A stretch of DNA of 64,000 bases from Eledone cirrhosa (Eukaryota): assembly GCA_964016885.1 (NCBI GenBank), contig OZ024741.1, forward strand, positions 317,440,001 to 317,504,000, read 5' to 3'. Of the stretch, positions 50,882 through 64,000 are shown piece after piece. The notes under the pieces are model-generated. The model was given only the letters and a program-made list of their open reading frames with translations. It was not told the DNA's origin and made no database searches. Position 1 is the first letter of the stretch. The number at the start of each line of letters is the position of its first letter. Both the position numbers and the translations under genes were made by a program.

Positions 50882-53819
50882 AGAAACGACATTTGAAACG
50901 CTTAATGTTTTGTTATATATTTCAGCTGTCACATTGCTATCATATAACACACATCTAAAACCACGCAATCAAGATACAAACAGAAAGCCTGAACCAGCGT
51001 GGATGCGAAATTTAAAAACCAAAATTTTGTCCCTGAGACGAAGTATCTCACACATCGCAGTCGTTATGAAATGCAACATAGAGAGCAACTTCACACGACA
51101 CCAGGAAGACCTAAAGAAAAAGTTAGAGAGATGATTTGGAGATACAAAATTTAAAACTTTGAACTCCAAATTACACCAGTTGAAACAACAACTCACAGCT
51201 ACAACAGAAAGACTAAAATATAAGTCAACAGCACATAAACGACAAGTGCTAAATAGATTGTTTGCCGGAGATCCTAAATCAGTTTATCGCAGCTTCGGTG
51301 GCAAAAGCTCAATCCCTGTAAACGACACCCCTTCAAAAGAACAGGTTGAGAGCTACTGGAGATCTGTATGGGAAACGGATGACGGATTCAACAGACAAGC
51401 TAATTGGCTAAAAGAACTGGAACAGGACTACTGCCAACATGTCCAGACAAAACAATATGACATAGATGGGTCAATACTGGAAACAGCTCTACAGAAAATG
51501 TCGAATAGGAAATCGCCAGGCCCAGACCTCATTACAGTATACTGGTTGAAGAATTTCACTTTCTATCGGCAAGATCTCATACGACTGTTTACAGAAACCA
51601 TTAAGGGCACACAAGAACTGCCCAGATGGTTATCAACTGCCACTACTCTCCTCATTCCCCAAAATAGCCAAACCACCCTTGCTAAAAATTACCACCCAAT
51701 TGCCTGCCAAAACATCATGTATAAATTATATACTGGGTGCCTTAACCTGTTCTTACAGGATCACTGTGCTACCAACAACATCATAACACCTGAGCAAGCT
51801 GGTCGAAAGAGAGAGGTGTGGGGTTGCATAGATCACCTACTAACTAACAAAATGATTCAGGAAAATACAACAAAGAATCGCAGAAACATGACTGTCGTGT
51901 GTCTGGACTATCAAAAAGCATTTGATAGTGTACCTCATGGGTGGATTATTAAGGCTTTACAGTTAGCTAAAGTCCCACAACCATTGGTAGCTGCTGTTGA
52001 ACGCCTGACCAAGAACTGGTACACCAATTTGATCCTTAGAGGTGGGAAAGAGCAGATTAAGACTGATAAGATACATTACCAGAAGGGCATCTTTCAGGGT
52101 GATAGCTTGTCAGTGCTACTCTTTGTTCTCTCACTGAATCCACTATCTTACCTACTCAGGAAACAAGGTGGACAAAGAAGTGGGCCCAGAAGTATCTCCC
52201 ATCTTTTCTTTGTTGATGACCTGAAGTTGTATGGGCCAAATATCAATGACATCAAGAAATAATTGGACCTCATTACACAATTTTCAACCGACATCAAAAT
52301 GAAATTTGGTGAGTCCAAGTGTGTATATTTGGCAGTAAAACGTGGAAGAGCTGTGCCCTCCTCTAGAAATCTAGAGATGAACGGCCTGACAATACAATCT
52401 CTGCAGTCAGGTGACAACTACAGATATCTTGGACAGGATGAGAATGTCAGATATGATGGACCCATAAATAAGGAGAGAACCAGAACTGAATACCTCAGAA
52501 GAGTAAAGAAAATATGGTCATCAGAACTGTCAGCGTACAACAAATACATTGCCCACAATACTTATGCTGTGCCAATTCTAACGCCAACATTTGGCCTACT
52601 GAACTGGTCATTGCAAGAACTAAGTGAGATGGATGTTAGAACTCGAAAACTTCTCAGTGTTACTGGGAACTTTAACATCAATGGTGATGTGGATAGGCTA
52701 TACTTCTCACGCAAGGAAGGTGGCCGGGGTCTAAAATCAATATTAACAACATATGAGACCCGGATAGTAACACTGAAGCAACACCTTCAACAGAGGAAAA
52801 AGGTTGGCAACCATCTTGCCCAGGTTTATGAGCATGAAAAAAGAAATATCATTAGAATAGCGACTGATCTGGAGGAGAGATATGGAATAAAGCCTGATAT
52901 AAGTCTCTCACCCAGAGAAATCGGAAGATCCTATTCAATGTTCAAACAAGATAAAAAAATTGACCAATTTACAGAAAAAGTTGTGCATGGATACTTGAGG
53001 TGTAAAACACAGACCATAGAGGGGATAAACCACTCAAAAAGCCTGGCATGGAGTTCCGACAAGTTTATGACATCACACCTTGAGGGATATCTCTATGCAA
53101 TACAGGAACAACAACTCCCTACCAAATATCTGCTGCACAAAAGGGAAGGGCCAGCAGCTGACAATAAATGTAGGCTATGTAAAACAAAGATCGAGGATGT
53201 AAGCCACATTGTTGCCAGCTGCGAAAGAATGTCATCTCGCTACTACCTCCCCATGAGACACGATGGGATAGCTAGAACCATCTGGAACGCACTTCGGAAA
53301 ACAAAATTAACAACAAACGAGGAAGAATATATTGAGACAGATGGCACTAAGGAATACTGGTGGAACCTGAAAATAAAAACTGCCACCAAATTAAAGCACA
53401 ACCGGCCTGATATTCTTGTTTGGGACCACACATTGAAAACGTGTTCTGTTGTGGAGATCAGCTGCCCACTTGATGTAAACGATGTCAAAAAAATACAGAA
53501 GGGGGACATCTACGGACCATTGATGAGGAGTTTACAAATCCAGTATCCAAGATACACCTTTAGCTTCATACCCATCATTATTGGAGCTACGGGTTATATA
53601 CCAACCCGCTTGGACCAAAGTATGACTGAACTTGGATTTGCGGACAAAGAGCGCAGCTCCCTAATTCATAGTCTACAAATGGCTGCGATAGCTTGCACCT
53701 TCAAAATTTGCAAAACATTCTTGCGATTCAAGGGATGACAATTTCTTTTCTTTTCAACCTTGCCACCAGGAAGGTGGCCGGTCAAATAAATATACTCGAA
53801 ATTAAGAGAAAGAGATAAC
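50882..53819 (+). mobile_element. 5'-truncated R4/Dong-like RLE LINE, family B (one reading frame, two in-frame stops)
   Basis: ORFs at 50910, 51159 and 52263 share a frame. Motifs: KSPGPD, LDYQKAFDSVPH, GIFQGDSLS, FVDDLKLY, CRLC..H..ASC, RPDI..VEISCP. Confidence 0.92.
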
Positions 53820-53830
53820 ATACATACATA

Positions 53831-56800
53831 GACAGTCAACGCGATCAGTCGCATATTTTGGCGTGGGAGACTATTTATTAAATTTAAAGATGAATACTAT
53901 CTCCGACTGTAATGCCACAACTGCAGTCAGGTTGAATAACTGGTTATTCTTCTAACTATATCTTCTGAAGACACCTTTTATTCGAATTCGTAGAGATATC
54001 CGACTAAATACATAATTCATTTTACAAGGATTTGCTGCAAATAGCATGGCTGAACACAACGTCAACAAAAAAATTAAGGAAGTATCGAAAACAAATAAGA
54101 AGGAACGTAATCAAATTTTATTCAGTTGCAGTTACAGAAGAAACCGAAATTATAAATCGCATTTCTCTTGGAGTTGCGAACTTAATAATGATTTATTTAA
54201 TTGTTATAAAATGGCAAAAAACAATCCCTCCATTGGCTATATGAATAGAATGAAGCTACACTGGGACGAAATGCACCCAGAGCTAAATTATTTCACAGCG
54301 AAGCAATTACGCCAACAAGCGACGTTTGTTGAACGTAAAAATAAGATAAATATTATTAATTGTAAGTCCACCACAACAAACATGGTATCAACAACACGTG
54401 CTACAGATCGCCATGCTACTAGACTTCCTAGCAGCCAGGTCGAACAGCGCCTTGAAACAACTATGCCTGTACCATCTAAGTCTACCTCGAATGCTGGGGA
54501 AAACACTATCGATAATAATAATTGTTTCTACTTTAGGCACAAGGCCAGCAATTATCCCAGTGCATTACTGGTACTTTATTTTATCGACTCCGTAAGGATG
54601 AAAGGCAAAGTTAACCTCGGCGGGATTTGAACTCAGATCATAAAGGGACGTAACTATGCCGGAAAGCATGGCGTCCGACCCTCTACCGATACTGCCAATC
54701 CACATCAAAAGTATAAACAATTGAAAATTTCCCGCAACGAAATCTTCCAGAGAGAAATTAATTCATGTATAAATATCTCTCTTGCTGAACGTGTTAAAAT
54801 GACAATGTTGAATAAAAAAAAAATAATAATAATGAAATGTTACGTGTTATTGACGAAATAGGGGATGAATATTTACGACGGATAAAAACCCCAAAATTTT
54901 GGCAAATCAACGCCTTTATATGCCTTAGCAGCGACAGTGAAGCATTATCTTGGTGATAGCAGATATATTAACAAGAACAGAACACCACCAAAAATACCAT
55001 CATAGAAAAAAAGATTGCTGACCTACGAAAAAACATAGGATATGTGACAATGCTCCTTACATGCAAACAAGCACAAAAAAACCTCACTCCTCACCAACAA
55101 AGAGTCAAAAATAAAATAGAGACGATGTTTGGTAACAGTAGAACCAGAACTCTCCAATATAAGCTGATCACCTTAAAACAAGAATTGAGAGCTGTTAGCG
55201 AAAAACGCCGATACCTGAAGAAGGCAGATGAGAGAAAAGTGCTTAATAAAAGATTCAGACGAAACCAAACATCAGTCTATAGAGATATGAAGGGCAAAAT
55301 AATAAGTGTCACTGAGGCCCATCCCAGAAAGACATAGATTCCTTTTGGAGCAAAATATGGGGGGAGAAGAAGAATTTCAACCAAGATGCAGTGTGGCTAA
55401 GAGAAATCCGAAAGAACTATTGCTCCTACACTACAACAAAAACATACGAAATAAGTGAGGGTACCCTTGAGACTGTGATAAGAAAACTCCAAGATAAGAA
55501 AACACCACAAAGAGACATGATTGTCGGCTACTGGTACAAAAAACTGATATTCTATCGGAGGTATCTTACTGACCTCTACCAACAAGTTCTTAAGGGAGAT
55601 ACACTTATACCAGAATGGTTGACATTAGCACAAACATTACTGGTCCCCAAGAACAAAGATACCCACTTGGAAAAAAATTACCGACCCATTGCATGCCAGA
55701 ACCTGATGTATAAGATGTATACAGCCTGTCTGAACCTATTCCTCCAAGATCACTGTGAAAATAATAACATCATCACAGATGAAGAAGCAGCTGGAAAGAA
55801 AGGGGTTTGGGGATGTGCTGAACAACTCCTAATCAACAAAACTGCGATGTCGGAGGTGCGACAACTTAGGAGGAATATGGCTGGCTGGACTACATAAAGC
55901 TTTCGATTCTGTTCCCCACTATTGGATGATAGAGGCCCTCCAACTTTCTAAAGTCCCAGACATTATTGTCAGAGCCATAGAGAGGCTGTCTTCTTCTTGG
56001 GCTACTATCCTAAGGTTAAATACGGAGAGGGAGGACTCTATTTTCACTGATAAAATAAAATATTGCAGGGGTATATTTCAGGGGGACAGTCTCTCTGTGA
56101 TATTATTCATCTTGTCATTAAACCCCTTGTCCTTTCTGCTCAAGAAATGTGAGTGATACATCATTGGCTCACAGGAGGACAGAAATACGAACCTAACCCA
56201 TAATTTCTTTGTGGACGATCTGAAACTCTATGCCAAGAACATGGATGGGATGAAGAAAAATCTTGACGTGGTTACAACGTTCTCAAAGGATATAGGAATG
56301 GAGTTTGGCCAAGATAAATGCTCATACATGATTTATACAATCTAGCAACATTGTCATCAATGGTCTAACTGTTTCACCGATATCTGATGAGGACTGCTAC
56401 AGATACCTGGGGATAGATGGGAACATATCCTATAATGGTATCTGTTATAAGGAACGCGTAGCCAGGGAATAGTACACCCGATTAAGAAAGATCTGGTCAT
56501 CGGAACTCTCTGTGCAAAACAAAACAGTGGCTCACAATGTGTTTGCTGTGCCTGTCCTAACACCAACGTTTGGAATACTCAATTGGACGATAGACGAAAT
56601 CCTAGCAGTTGATGTTGGAACTCGAAAAATACTGAACAACACCGGAAACTTCCACATCAACAGTGACATAGACCGCCTTTACTTGAAACGTAAGCAGGGA
56701 GGCAGAGACCTAACATCAGTCCAGACAACATTTGAATGTCGCATCATATCTCTCCGACAACATCTACTAACCTCGCAGCGTAGGAACCCGTTTCTCGAGC

Positions 56801-57912
56801 AAGTCTATCTGCATGAAACAGATAAGATCATGAGAGTTGGGGAGGAACTCCTCGAGAGATATTCCCTGTGTGATAATCAAAAACTCACACCCAGGGATGT
56901 CGCTCAGCAGTATCGCAGTGAATCCATGGATGAAAAACTGCATGCCTATCAGCAAAAAATCATGCATGGATATGTTGCCAGGAAGCTCCAGAGTGAGAGT
57001 AATATAGATAAGGAAAGTAGTCTGTCTTAGACCAACAACCGCTATATTGGCTCCCACTTTGAAGGATACGCTTTTGCAATCCAAGAATAGGAAATTAGCA
57101 CGAAATACTTGATTCACAAAAGAGATAGGGATGCAGGCAAAACACCTAGATTTGATAACAAGTGCAGACTCTGCAGAACTAACATCGTGGATATCACCCA
57201 TGTCATCAGCAGCTGTCCAAAGATGTCATCGCGGTACTATCTATAATAAACACATTAAAAACTACAGCAATGTGGAAGACATCCATGTACATAATATGAA
57301 AGAGTACTGGTGGAATGTTCCAGTAAAAACCCCAATAAAATGCAGGCATAACAGGCCAGATATTTTGATATGGGACAGGGAGAAGAAAACATGTACAGTA
57401 GTGGAAATTAGCTGCCAAGCAGATGCCAATATAATATCAAAGATTAGTGAAAAGGAGAATATTTATGCAGAACTGATGAGAAATCTGCAGAAACTCCACC
57501 CTGATTACACCTTCAGATTTATGCCTGTGATTATTGGGGCACTGGGATATGTTAGTAACTGCCTCAATACAACTCTTGAGTAGCTAGGCTCCACAGGAAC
57601 AGAAAGAACACAACTAGTTAGGAATTTACAAGTAATTAATAGAACAGTAAAAATATGTAAAACATTCCAATAATTTTGCATCTAATAACTGCATATACTC
57701 ATGTACAGATACAAAGCATATACACATGCACACATACAACTCAAAACATACACATCCACACATACAATAACATCCATATCTACACATGCATGCATACATA
57801 CATATCTACCTAGTTGATGTTGTGTAAATTCCAATGAGAGAGTCTTGTGTCTATGTTAGAAACCGACTCTCTATTGGTAAAACTTTGTGATATTATAAAA
57901 CCAGAAGAAGAT
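53831..57912 (+). mobile_element. Apparently full-length, decayed R4/Dong-like RLE LINE, family A
   Basis: About 215-bp 5' UTR. N-terminal domain at 54046 (W..ELN.DL..CY..P..GYM.RM..HW..HP..KQLRQQ). RT and RLE fragments closely similar to 47383-50240. Confidence 0.88.
54513..54700 (-). mobile_element. tRNA-derived SINE inserted into the R4-like ORF
   Basis: Same family as 404-585 and 33798-33980. Confidence 0.85.
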
Positions 57913-57988
57913 ACATACATACATACATACATACATACATACATACATACATACATACATACATACATACATACATACATACATACAT

Positions 57989-58592
57989 GGTGGCTGCCAA
58001 CTCGTTTTCGAGTACGGCCACTACTTTATATCCATGTAGGAGAACCCCTACCGATGTGCTTAACAAGTGTGACCTTTTAGTCCAGCCAGCAATTTGAAAA
58101 CTCTGGTACAAACACTACACTTGTGACAATTATTGACATAGTGCTGGGACCATTGTACTCTGTGATGACAAGTGCAGAGAGATCTCCAGATATAAAGCAA
58201 TGCCTGTGCCGTGAAGCTTTTATATTGAGCAAAGGCACTGCACAAAGCCAGTCCCACTCTCTTAACCAAGATGATATTTACCAAAAAGAACAAGTCAACA
58301 TCATTGGATACCATCAGGGTTGCAGGTGTTATATCAGAGTTTTCCTTCTCCTAGAATTCTGCCTTGACAAAGGCTAAGGGGTCATCTCTCCCGGTGATTT
58401 TAGATGGCCATTGACTCTTAAGAGCTCCTTTGCCCTTTTGACCGGTTTTGTTTTTAGTCGTGTAGGATGTCCAAAGTCACCCTCCTCACCAAGAAACCTT
58501 GGTGGGGTTGCCAGTTTAGTCGCCAACGACCCGACCATGAGACAGGTTGTACTGGGATACATGTTACCAGTAGCACCAACTGGTGACCTGAC
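57989..58592 (-). mobile_element. Full-length non-autonomous element subfamily 1
   Basis: Reverse complement of 42831-43430. Confidence 0.85.
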
Positions 58593-58608
58593 ATATATAT
58601 ATACATAT

Positions 58609-59168
58609 ATAAAATATTAAAAAAATAATGAATAAAACAATGAAACAGTTCCTTATATTAAACAAAAAAAGTTCATTATTTAACGATCGTTTCTAGGATA
58701 TATATGTGTTAGAATTGGCATGCATATTCAACAGATCTATGTACAAAATTATACAAAATTATACAAACTATCAAAATTAAATATACATACCAACACATAT
58801 ATATGCCGTCTTCAGAAATAATTATTTCTGAAGACGGCATATATATGTGTTGGTATGTATATTTAATTTTGATAGTTTGTATAATTTTGTATAATTTTGT
58901 ACATAGATCTGTTGAATATGCATGCCAATTCTAACACATATATATCCTAGAAACGATCGTTAAATAATGAACTTTTTTTGTTTAATATAAGGAACTGTTT
59001 CATTGTTTTATTCATTATTTTTTTTATATTTTATCTTGACTCTGTATTCCGTTTATCTTTCACCGAAAGTGATATTTCATTGCATCTCTTCTTTCCATGA
59101 TATCCGGATTACATTGAGTTCTTCATACGGATTGGACACTACCGTAAACTCTTGGTAGATTTATCTAC
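58609..59168 (+). mobile_element. Penelope-type pLTR with a 213-bp perfect fold-back (palindrome 58609-59034)
   Basis: Loopless centre GAAATAA|TTATTTC at 58821/58822; hammerhead in each arm; ~130-bp unpaired tail ending TCTAC(AT)n. Confidence 0.7.
58821..58968 (+). ncRNA. Type-I hammerhead with very long stem II and palindromic stem III
   Basis: AUUAUUU-CUGAAGA-[..AUAUAUAUGUGUUGG..~85 nt..CUAACACAUAUAUAU..]-GAAAC-GAUC-GUU-AAAUAAU. Confidence 0.65.
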
Positions 59169-59179
59169 ATATATGCATA

Positions 59180-59211
<32 letters not shown>

Positions 59212-60001
59212 CATATACATACACATACATATATATACATATATATATATATATACACATACATATATATATATATACATACATATATATACATATATAT
59301 ATATACATATATATACACATAGATATATACATATATATACATATATATATATATACATATATATACATATATATATACATATATATACATATATATGTAT
59401 ATATATATATATACATATACATATACATACACATATATATACATATATATATACATATATATATACATATATATATACATATACATATATATATGTATAT
59501 ATATACATACATACATATATATACATATACATATACATACATATATATATACATATATATATACATACATAGATACATATATATATATATATACATACAT
59601 AGATACATATATATATATACATATATATACATATATACATATATATATACATATACATATATATACATATATATATACATATATATACATGTATATGCAT
59701 ATATATACATGTATATGCATATATATATATGTATATGCATATATATATATATATATACATACATATATATATATACATACATATATATATATACATATAT
59801 ACATACATATATATATACACAAATACATACATATATATATATACATATATATATACATATATATATACATATATATATACATATATATATATACATATAT
59901 ATATACATACATATATACATATATATACATATATATATACATATATATACATATATATACATATATATATACATATACATATGTATATATATATATGTAT
60001 G

Positions 60002-60035
<34 letters not shown>

Positions 60036-60090
60036 TATACATATATATATGTATATATATATATATACATATATATATACATATATATAC

Positions 60091-60121
<31 letters not shown>

Positions 60122-60195
60122 TATATATACATATATATACATATATATATACATATATATACATATATATATATATATATGTATATATATGTATG

Positions 60196-60249
<54 letters not shown>
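59169..60249. repeat. ~1.1-kb (TA)n/(CATATA)n microsatellite
   Basis: Directly visible. Confidence 0.95.
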
Positions 60250-60250
<1 letters not shown>

Positions 60251-62652
60251 TCCTATCCCAACTAGTGCTCGAACCAACGAGGTGCCACAAAAACGTCCTA
60301 GACTTAATTTTCAGCAATCACACTGACAATATCCACAATATTGCAGTGGAGAAAACTCTACTCTCTGATCATGACATGGTTCTCTGTGATCTGAGATTCC
60401 ACCGTCCAATATACAAACCCAATGTCATTTCTCCTGTCCATCCGTTTGACGCTATGGATTTCCACAATGCAAACTGGGAAGCGATCAGTCATGATCTTGC
60501 ACATGTCGACTGGTCCTTCACGCACACTCATACACCCACTAACATCAAAAAGTCCTGGCAGACATTTGTGGACACTGTTACAAACATATGTGCTAAACAC
60601 ACCCCATTAAGAACTATAAACAAATCTAAGAGCAGAATCCCTAGAAATAGAAAAACACTCATCAGAAAAATTAAGAGAACGAACAAAAAAATCAACAAGC
60701 TGAAATACTGTCAGCAGCAACACATCAACTTGACTGCCATTTCATCACTAGAGATTAAAAAACATAACCTCCAAAACAACATAATGTCCCTCATCAACAA
60801 TCAGAGAAGAGCTGAAGAGGCCTGGGCCATTGAGAAGATCAAACTCAATCCCAAAGTGTTCTTTTCATTTGCAAAAAAACACAAAATCACTGGCTCTACT
60901 GTTGGCCCTCTAATTGATGAAAATGGCACTCTTCAAGACAATGCTAAAACCATGGGTGAGATACTGCAGAAACAATACTGCTCTGTTTTCAGCAATCCTG
61001 ATATGGCCGATCTGGGCTGTATCGGCGATGTTACTCCCCATTACACCTTATCGGACATAACGTTTGGCGCCCCTGATGTCTTGGCGGCAATAAAGGAAAT
61101 CAAGCATAATTCAGCAGTAGGTCCCGATAGGTTCCCTGCTTGTGTCTTGAAGGCGTGTCAACACCAACTTGCTTCTCCTCTTGCCAATCTGTGGCGGAAC
61201 TCACTGGATGCTGGATATGTGCCAGAAAACCTTCTATCCCAGTCTGTTGTCCCAGTTTTCAAAAAGGGAAACAAATCCCTTGCCGTGAATTACCGTCCAA
61301 TCTCACTCACCTCTCATATCATTAAGGTATTTGAGCGAGTGGTGAGATCGCGAATGACCCACTTCCTTGAGAGTAACAATATGCTGAACTCCAACCAGCA
61401 TGGATTCCGTAATGGAAGGGATTGCCTGACGCAACTACTGCATCACTTTGATGACATTTTGAGAGCCTTGGGAGAGGGTTCCAACACTGATGTTATCTAC
61501 CTTGATTTCAGCAAGGCCTTTGACAGGGTTGATCATAACATTCTACTGAGAAAGCTGTCCAATATTGGTGTCACTGGAAAGCTGCTGCAGTGGATCAAGA
61601 GCTTCCTGTCAAACAGAACCCAACATGTTGTAGTTGAGGGAGTCAAATCAAGCCCAGCCAAAGTCAGTAGTGGAGTCCCACAAGGCACTGTGTTGGGCCC
61701 ACTTCTCTTCATCATCTATATTAATGACATCACTGACATCATCAAACACAGCAACATTAAAATTTTCGCTGATGATTCCAAGCTCCAAAAGGTCATCAAT
61801 GGCGTGGATGACCGGATAAGCCTTCAGTCAGACCTACTGGCTGTTACCCAATGGGCAGAAAAGAACAACATGCTACTGAACGAAGACAAATTCGAACTGA
61901 TCCACTTTGGAAAAGAGGATGCTCTGAAACTCCCGTACTCCCTTCCCTCCGGGGAAACTCTCGTGGCATCTAACAACATCAGAGACTTGGGAGTAACCGT
62001 GGACAGCAACATAAGCTGGACCACGCATATAAGCAGCAAAGTTGACATGGCCCGCAGAATGTGTTCCTGGATCCTCAGAACCTTCCAGTCGAGAGATTCC
62101 CGCACCATTATCCTTCTCTTCTCTACTTTCGCCCGACCACACCTTGAATACTGTTGTCCACTGTGGTCTCCCCACACGAAACAAAGTATCATGAAACTTG
62201 AAGCTCCTCAAAGGGCAATCACGAAAAAGATAGATGGCATGTCAGACCTTGACTACTGGGGTCGATTGGAAAACCTGAAACTTTACTCACTCCAACGTCG
62301 CCGTGAGCGTTATATTATCTGCATGATGTGGAAAATGTTCCATCATCACTGCCCAAATGATGTTGGCATCGCCTTCAAGATACACCCAAGGCTTGGGCCC
62401 CGTGCTATCCGTCCCATTCAAAAATCTAAATCGCAACTCATAACAACAATACGGCACAATTATTTCACCTCAATCGGCCCTGCTCTCTTCAACATCACAC
62501 CAGGACACGTCAAAACAGAAACTGACCACACAAAATTCAAGAAGTCTTTGGACAAATTCCTCCAAGTAATCCCGGACAAACCACCCACACCCGGATATGT
62601 CTCCGCAAACAGTAATTCTCTTCTCGAATGGGCCATGGTGCCCAAATCCTGA
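60250..62652 (+). CDS. 5'-truncated CR1-group LINE ORF2 (end of APE plus RT), 800 open codons; element ends about 62740 with a (TTCAAAGTTA)2 tail
   Basis: [70 protein letters not shown]. The ORF-track N-terminus is (TA)n read-through. Confidence 0.93.
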
Positions 62653-62737
62653 ATTGAAAGACTTCGCCAGGTGGTGCTATTAAGTTAGACATGGCCTGGG
62701 CCAATACTGGCCAAAACATTTCAAAGTTATTCAAAGT

Positions 62738-62776
<39 letters not shown>

Positions 62777-62798
62777 ATACATACATACATATATATAC

Positions 62799-62851
<53 letters not shown>

Positions 62852-62949
62852 CATACATACATACATATTTACAAACATATTCATACATAAATACGGACAG
62901 ACATACATACTTACATACATACACGTGGGGGTAGTGGTAAGAATGTTGT

Positions 62950-64000
62950 TGGTAGTGGTGGTGGTAGTGGTAGTGGTAGTGGTGTCGGTAGTGGTAGTGG
63001 TGTCGGTAGTGGTGGTGGTAGTGGTAGTGGTGGTGGTAGTGGTAGTAGTAGTGGTAGTGGTGGTGGTAGTGGTAGTGGTAGTGGTAGTGGTGGTGGTAGT
63101 GGTAATGGTAGTGGTAGTGGTAGTGGTAGTAGTAGGAGTGGTAATGGTAGTGGTAGTGGTAGTGGTAGTAGTGGGAGTAGTGGTAGTGGTAGTGGTAGTG
63201 GTAGTGGTAGTGGTGGTGGTGTCGGTAGTGGTAGTAGTAGTGGTAGTGGTGGTGGTAGTGGTAGTGGTAGTGGTAGTGGTGGTGGTAGTGGTAGTGTTAG
63301 TGGTAGTGGTGGTGGTAGTGGTAGTAGTAGTGGTAGTGGTAGTGGTAGTAGTGGGAGTAGTGGTAGTGGTAGTGGTGTTGGTAGTGGTAGTAGTTGTGGT
63401 AGTGGTGGTGGTAGTGGTAGTGGTAGTGGTAGTGGTAGTGGTAGTGGTGGTGGTTGTAGAGGTAGCGGTGTTGGTAGTGGTAGTAGTAGTGGTAGTGGTG
63501 GTGGTAGTGGTAGTGGTAGTGGTAGTGGTGGTGGTAGTGGAGGTGGTAGTGGTAGTGGTGGTGGTAGTGGTAGTAGTAGTGGTAGTGGTGGTGGTAGTGG
63601 TAGTGGTAGTGGTAGTGGAGGTGGTAGTGGTAGTGGTAGTGGTAGTGGTGTTGGTAGTGGTATTGGTAGTGATAGTGGTAGTGGTGGTGGAAGTGGTAGT
63701 GGTAGTGGTAATGGTAGTGGTAGTGGTAGTGGTAGTGTTAGTGGTAGTGGTGTTGGTAGTGGTAATGGTAGTGGTAGTGGTAGTGGTAGTGGTAGTGGTT
63801 GGGGTAGTGGTAGTGGTATGGGTAGTGGTAGTGGTATTGGTAGTGGTAGTGGAGGTGGTAGTGGTAGTGGTAGTGGAGGTGGTAGTGGTAGTGGTAGTGG
63901 AGGTGGTAGTGGTAGTGGTGGTGGTAGTGGAGGTGGTAGTGGTAGTGGTGGTGGTAGTGGTAGTAGTAGTGGTAGTGGTGGTGGTAGTGGTAGTGGTAGT
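62950..64000. repeat. (GGTAGT)n/(GGT)n microsatellite
   Basis: Directly visible; runs off the window end. Confidence 0.95.

Noticed and set aside
53958-53999. Hammerhead in the R4-like 5' UTR (ATATCTT-CTGAAGA...GAA..TA-GAGATAT)
   Set aside because: Stem I pairs, but stem II does not form and GAAA is incomplete; would need the family consensus to rescue it.
59395-60249. Tyr/Ile-rich N-terminus of a 1085-aa protein
   Set aside because: (TA)n microsatellite in frame by chance with the truncated LINE ORF.

Overview
This is repeat-saturated eukaryotic (metazoan) DNA. The SINE families and microsatellite load suggest an octopus or other cephalopod (inference). I found no host gene. The window is almost entirely non-LTR retroelements nested in microsatellites. 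(1) One full-length and two 5'-truncated Tx1/L1-group LINEs are stacked head-to-tail in (CTAT)n at 0.7-9.6 kb. (2) A partial-tandem HERO-type restriction-like-endonuclease (RLE) LINE lies at 10.5-14.7 kb; its 3' UTR carries all hammerhead-ribozyme core motifs in an unusual, non-circularly-permuted order, which is the top candidate for an undescribed system. (3) A 1.1-kb inverted-repeat Penelope-like (GIY-YIG) element and several Penelope-type hairpin ends carry minimal hammerheads. (4) A cluster at 42-58.6 kb has R4/Dong-like RLE LINEs and short RTE-derived non-autonomous elements on opposite strands of the same (CATA)n microsatellite. (5) CR1-group LINEs, an RTE remnant, a mariner remnant, a Helitron end, tRNA-derived SINEs and kilobase micro/minisatellites fill the rest. 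Most long ORFs in the track are translation artefacts of simple repeats.
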